From the NCBI GenBank assembly GCA_963748505.1, contig CAVVJH010000001.1, forward strand, positions 73,124 to 137,123: 64,000 nucleotides of DNA, written 5' to 3'. The translations under genes were made by a program, and so were the position numbers. The stretch is from Candidatus Dormiibacterota bacterium. GTDB lineage: Bacteria; Chloroflexota; Dormibacteria; Aeolococcales; Aeolococcaceae. Shown piece after piece: positions 60,037 to 64,000 of the stretch (position 1 is the first letter of the stretch; the number at the start of each line of letters is the position of its first letter). The notes beneath the pieces were generated by a model that saw nothing but the letters and a program-made list of their open reading frames with translations, was not told where the DNA came from and searched no databases.

Positions 60037-61007
60037 GCATCGCCGCCGACGAGCTCCTGGAGCCGATCGCCGCGGAGTTGGTCGAGTTCGAGCAGCGCCT
60101 CGACGCAGAGATCGCCTCCGACCTGGGGCCGATGGCCAGTGCGATGTCGCACATCGTCAAAGCGGGCGGCAAGCGTCTGCGCCCCGCCCTGGTGATCCTC
60201 TCGGCACGGCTGGGCGACGCCAACCCGAACGACGTCTTCAACCTGGCGATGGGCATCGAGTTCATTCACACCGCAACGCTCGTGCATGACGATCTCATCG
60301 ACAAGGCGCCGACGCGGCGTGGGATCACGACGATTCACGAAGCGCTCGGCCCGGACCCGGCGGTGATCATTGGGGACTATTACTTCGCCAAAGGCGCGTA
60401 TCTGCTGGCGGAGATCGGCATGCCGGCAATCGACTCCGCGATCAGCAACGCGGTCATGACCATCTGCATGGGCGAGTTGCTACAGATGACCAGCCGCAAC
60501 GCCTATGACCAGACGCTCGCCGACTATCACCGCAAGATCGGCCGCAAGACGGCAACCCTGGTCAGCACCTGCTGCTACGGCGGCGGGCTCATCGCGGGGC
60601 TGGACAGCGAGGCCGTGGAGCGGCTCCGGCGCTACGGCCACAGCCTCGGTATGGCGTTCCAGATCGCCGACGACGTGCTTGATTACGTGGCGACCAGCGC
60701 AGAGGTCGGCAAACCGGTGGGCGCCGACCTTCGCCAGGGCACGGTGACGCTGCCCCTCATGCTCGCCCTGAAGGACCGCGAGGTCGGCGAGCGACTTCGC
60801 AGAGATTCTTGCCAAGAATGACCTGAACGATGAGGATTTCGAGACTGTGGTGGCACTGGTGCGGGGGTCGGAGGCAATCGCCAAGGCGGAGCACGGTGCG
60901 CAGGAATTTGCCAGGGAAGCCGCCGCCGAACTGTCGGGTTTCCGGAATCGCCCGCGCGGACCACGCTGGAACGAGTCTGCGACTACGTCGTCGAGCGCCG
61001 GATCTGA
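60033..61007 (+). CDS. trans-polyprenyl diphosphate synthase (GGPP/heptaprenyl type); two apparent frameshifts near the 3' end
   Basis: First DDxxD (LVHDDLIDK) and second (FQIADDVLDY). C-terminal pieces in ORF 60847.. and a third frame ending ...CDYVVERRI*. Confidence 0.7.
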
Positions 61008-61020
61008 CCGCCAGGTCCCT

Positions 61021-61605
61021 TCAGAGCGCTCCCAGCCTCCGCACCTCGGCGCCAAACGTGTATGCCCACGCAGCAAGCACGACCGCGGCCACCGCGTAGC
61101 CGGCAGCCTCGATGACGGTCGCGGGAAGCGAACTCGAGACCGTGGTGTCGCCTGATTGGGCGGCGATGACGCTCGCCACCGTCCGCGCCACATCGACGGC
61201 GGCGAGCAAGCCGACCACCACCAGCGCGATGCGCGCCACGGCGTATTCACGTCGTAGCCCGCGCCGAAGCTGGCGAAGGGTCAGGTGCTCGACGTCGGCG
61301 CGGCCGGCGGGCGGCTCGGTGGCGCCGTGGCGCAGACGTAGCACCGCAGCAGCGAAACACACTGCGGCAACCCAGCCCGGCCAGAGTGTCCGCAGGCTCG
61401 ATCCGTCAGCGATGAGGGTCTGCAGCGGATTGAGTGCCATGTGCTCGGCCAGATCGGCCGCAAGGGACTGGTGCAGCCGGACGAGCAGTGTTCCCGCAAC
61501 GCCGCACGCGACAGCCGCGGCCGCGACGGCAATCCACCGCAACACGATCGGTCCGCGCCCAAGGAAGACGAGCTCGGTCAGGTGTGCGTCGCGCTGTGGC
61601 TGCAC
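61021..61605 (-). CDS. hypothetical membrane protein
   Basis: Three or four hydrophobic helices. No family recognised. Confidence 0.35.
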   Translation of the reverse strand: MQPQRDAHLTELVFLGRGPIVLRWIAVAAAAVACGVAGTLLVRLHQSLAADLAEHMALNPLQTLIADGSSLRTLWPGWVAAVCFAAAVLRLRHGATEPPAGRADVEHLTLRQLRRGLRREYAVARIALVVVGLLAAVDVARTVASVIAAQSGDTTVSSSLPATVIEAAGYAVAAVVLAAWAYTFGAEVRRLGAL

Positions 61606-61629
61606 CGTGGCATTGTAAGTTCGCTTCGA

Positions 61630-62648
61630 ATGTCGCGAACCAGAACTCCATCAGGCCGAACCATTCGCGCCGCCACCTACAACATTCTCCTGGGCGGTGA
61701 AAGCCGCCGCGAGTTGGTGCGCAAGGTGCTGCGGCGCCTCGATGCCGACGTCGTGGCGCTGCAGGAGGTGAGTGACGTCGACCACATTCGCACCCTGGCC
61801 CGCGAGCTGAAGATGCAGATGCTGCTCGGCGAGCCGAGTGACCCCGACTCGCGCATGCACACGGCGATCCTCACACGCTTGCCGGTGCGCAGCTGGCACA
61901 ACCGCCGTCACCACGGACGGATGCTCCGTTCACACCTGCACTGCGAGATCGAGACCGGGGGCGGCGGCTCCCGGTCATCGGTGTCCATTGCCTGCACCTC
62001 GCCGCCCGCTTCGGCGAGCGCAACAAAGGTGAGGCGCGTCGCATCCGCGAAATCGGCGCGGTCCTGACGGACATCGCACGCGAGCCGTCGCTGCCGCACA
62101 TGCTGATCGGCGACTTCAATGCGCTCGCGCCTGGCGACGACATCCTTGCCACGTCGTTCTTCCGGCGCATGAACGACCTCCGGCGTGCCGGGCTGCTGGT
62201 CGCCGGTCCGAACGGCAACCTGATGCCGATCGTCCCCGATGCCTCAGACGATGCTGATGGTCTCGGGGACCGCTGGCGACGCGAGGGCGTCGACCCGCGA
62301 CTCCTCGGGGGGATCCCGGTGCTGCCACGGGTGGTCTCGCCGCTGACGATGGGGCTGCCCGTGTCGCATGCGATGGACCGTCTCCTCGGACGCCTCATCG
62401 AACGCTGGACGGTGGATCGCCTCCTCGGCGAGGGCTACGTCGACTGCTACCGGCGGGTCCATCCACGCGCTCGCGGCCTCACCTGCGCGACCTGGCAGCT
62501 GTCCGCGCGTGTCGACTACGTGTTCGCCACCAATGATCTCGCCCAGCACGTCACCGGCGCGGACGTCGTCGGCGGCAGAACGTGGCCGGACGCGGACGCC
62601 GCGGTGGCGTCCGACCACTACCCGGTGGTGGCTGAATTCAGCGTCTGA
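61630..62648 (+). CDS. endonuclease/exonuclease/phosphatase (EEP) family protein; one apparent frameshift at a G5 run near 61960
   Basis: IRAATYNILLGG...VVALQEV N-terminal motifs. LIGDFNAL and SDHYPVVAEF C-terminal motifs in ORF 62100..62648. Confidence 0.7.
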
Positions 62649-62651
62649 GCG

Positions 62652-63122
62652 TCAGCCCAAGTTGGCGTTGATCGAGTTCACAGCGGTGAACACCACGGCG
62701 AGGAAGAGGACAGCGATCACGAGCGCGACGATGCCGGTCACGATGCCGGTGATCGCCATGCCCTTGCCCAGCCGCCATGCGTATTCGCGTGGCGAACCCC
62801 GAGCGCGCCGAAGATGATCGCGAGCGCACCCAGGATGATGCTGAGTAGTCGACGAAGGGGATCCAGCAGAGCACCACCGCAACGATCCCGCAGACGCCAC
62901 CGGCGATCCCAATCCCATTGCCTTGTTGCGGCATCGCGTACATCGGCGGCCCTTGGTAGTACGCGGGCGGCGGAGGCGAATATGGGGATAGGCGTCGGGG
63001 GCATAGCCCTGCGGTGGCGTATAGCCCGAGGGCTGGCCGGGCATGCCCGGCTGCGGAGTGCCCCACTGCCCGGGTGAGTGCGGTGCAGGCGGCGGTGCCG
63101 CGCCCGGGTCGTCGTTTGCCAT
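62652..63122 (-). CDS. Pro-rich N-terminus plus DUF4190-like membrane protein; at least 2 apparent frameshifts
   Basis: MANDDPGAAPPPAPHSPGQWGTPQPGMPGQPSGYTPPQGYAPD, TM GIAGGVCGIVAVVLCWIPF, and tail GMAITGIVTGIVALVIAVLFLAVVFTAVNSINANLG* are distributed over three frames. Confidence 0.45.
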   Translation of the reverse strand: MANDDPGAAPPPAPHSPGQWGTPQPGMPGQPSGYTPPQGYAPDAYPHIRLRRPRTTKGRRCTRCRNKAMGLGSPVASAGSLRWCSAGSPSSTTQHHPGCARDHLRRARGSPREYAWRLGKGMAITGIVTGIVALVIAVLFLAVVFTAVNSINANLG

Positions 63123-63129
63123 GTCTGCC

Positions 63130-63703
63130 TCCGGTGGTGTGACCGGCTCGGTCCTACGAGCTTGGCGCTGGCGGCGGTGCGGTGGCGGTCGAGGTCGGTG
63201 GCGAGTCTGTACGAGCTCAGCCGCTTGGTGGGGGGTTGCGGCTCGCCACGCAGCAACTGCCCGCCTGCGGCGATTGCGCCACCCACGAGGATCCCGACGA
63301 AGACACCGAAACTCGGTCCCGACTGATATCCGGGAAGGAACTGATAGGCAAGGTAGGTCGAGGCCAAGCCGCCACTGCTCACGAACCAGACGACCGCGCA
63401 CAGGCACATGACCATGCCGATCGCGAGATAGATCACCGCATCGGTCCACGGCAGCGCCAGCCTGACCACCGAGGGTGAGAGACGGATCGCAAACAGCACG
63501 ACGCCCGCGAGCGCCGCCAGGAAGAAGATCCATCCCGACCAGTACCCGAGAGCGTCGCGGAAGCCGTTCGACACGGTGCCGAACCTGTCGATCGCGGTCG
63601 TGCTGTGCCAGGGGAGGAACGCGTCGATCACCCCCACGACCAATCCGGCGCCCACCACAAGGGCGCCGTTGGAGAGCCGTCTTCCGGCGACGGTCAGTGG
63701 CAA
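63130..63703 (-). CDS. hypothetical polytopic membrane protein (3' end uncertain)
   Basis: MPLTVAGRRLSNGALVVGAGLVVGVIDAF... with four hydrophobic segments. Confidence 0.4.
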
Positions 63704-63745
63704 CTCAGACCACCTGGAGCATGAGCGCGTCGACGCGCCGAGCCG

Positions 63746-63982
63746 TCAGACGCTCGGCGGCGGCGGCGGAGCGGAAGGAGGCGGTGCCGACGGGGTCTGG
63801 TAGCTGCTCATCGGCCTGGTGGTCGGCTGCGGATCCGACCGCTTGAGGAAGCCACCAACCAGCACGGCCACTCCGGCGATGATGCCGATGATCAGGCCAA
63901 AGCTGATACCGACCGAGTAGCCCGGACCAGACGATCCGCCGGGGGCGCCGGCGACGAGCCAGAGAAGCGCCATCACCACCAT
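63746..63982 (-). CDS. small membrane protein with Pro-rich C-terminal tail (possibly 5'-incomplete at window edge)
   Basis: LWLVAGAPGG...ISFGLIIGIIAGVAVLVGGFL followed by PPPSAPPPPPSV*. Confidence 0.3.
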   Translation of the reverse strand: MVVMALLWLVAGAPGGSSGPGYSVGISFGLIIGIIAGVAVLVGGFLKRSDPQPTTRPMSSYQTPSAPPPSAPPPPPSV

Positions 63983-64000
63983 GACCGCGCCAAGGACCAG

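Overview
High-GC (about 70%) actinobacterial-type chromosomal segment. It holds roughly 60 protein-coding genes and two tRNAs: tRNA-Cys(GCA) on the minus strand at 38153-38226 and tRNA-Leu(TAA) on the plus strand at 39270-39353. I found no rRNA, no CRISPR array and no recognisable transposase or integrase. Many long ORFs in the six-frame track are antisense or alternate-frame artefacts of the high GC content; calls rest on recognisable family motifs, GC3 bias and start/stop coupling.

Gene content:
- Several small regulators and transporters: DUF47 plus Pit phosphate transporter, a TetR regulator, an RpiR regulator, a MerR+XRE+cupin regulator, an orphan LuxR-type response regulator.
- Two Puu-like gamma-glutamylation (polyamine or amine catabolism) loci, at 19.2-25.9 kb and 46.1-54.1 kb.
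- A type III polyketide synthase (PKS) plus ICMT-family methyltransferase plus FAD oxidoreductase cluster (polyketide-quinone or alkylresorcinol type), next to a DedA-wHTH fusion.
- A 997-aa secreted protein: PQQ-like beta-propeller, IPT/TIG domain, then three ~130-aa tandem repeats.
- An HD-GYP phosphodiesterase with an unusual C-terminal Pro/Thr linker and Ig-like domain.
- A sortase-signal lectin/DUF11 surface protein.
- NfeD-SPFH (stomatin-like) and rarA.
- murI and a polyprenyl synthase.
- A co-directional five-gene operon: ECF sigma factor, Rieske-domain membrane protein in the anti-sigma position, small Tat-signal protein, DUF4331 protein, and a 104-aa protein. I consider this operon the best candidate for an undescribed signalling system.

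A striking technical feature: many conserved genes, including essential murI and housekeeping rarA, carry one to four apparent frameshifts. These cluster at 26.5-36.2 kb, 48.3-51.2 kb and 59.2-63.1 kb, while long genes elsewhere are intact. The most likely cause is local indel errors in the assembly rather than genuine pseudogenes, but this cannot be settled from the sequence alone.
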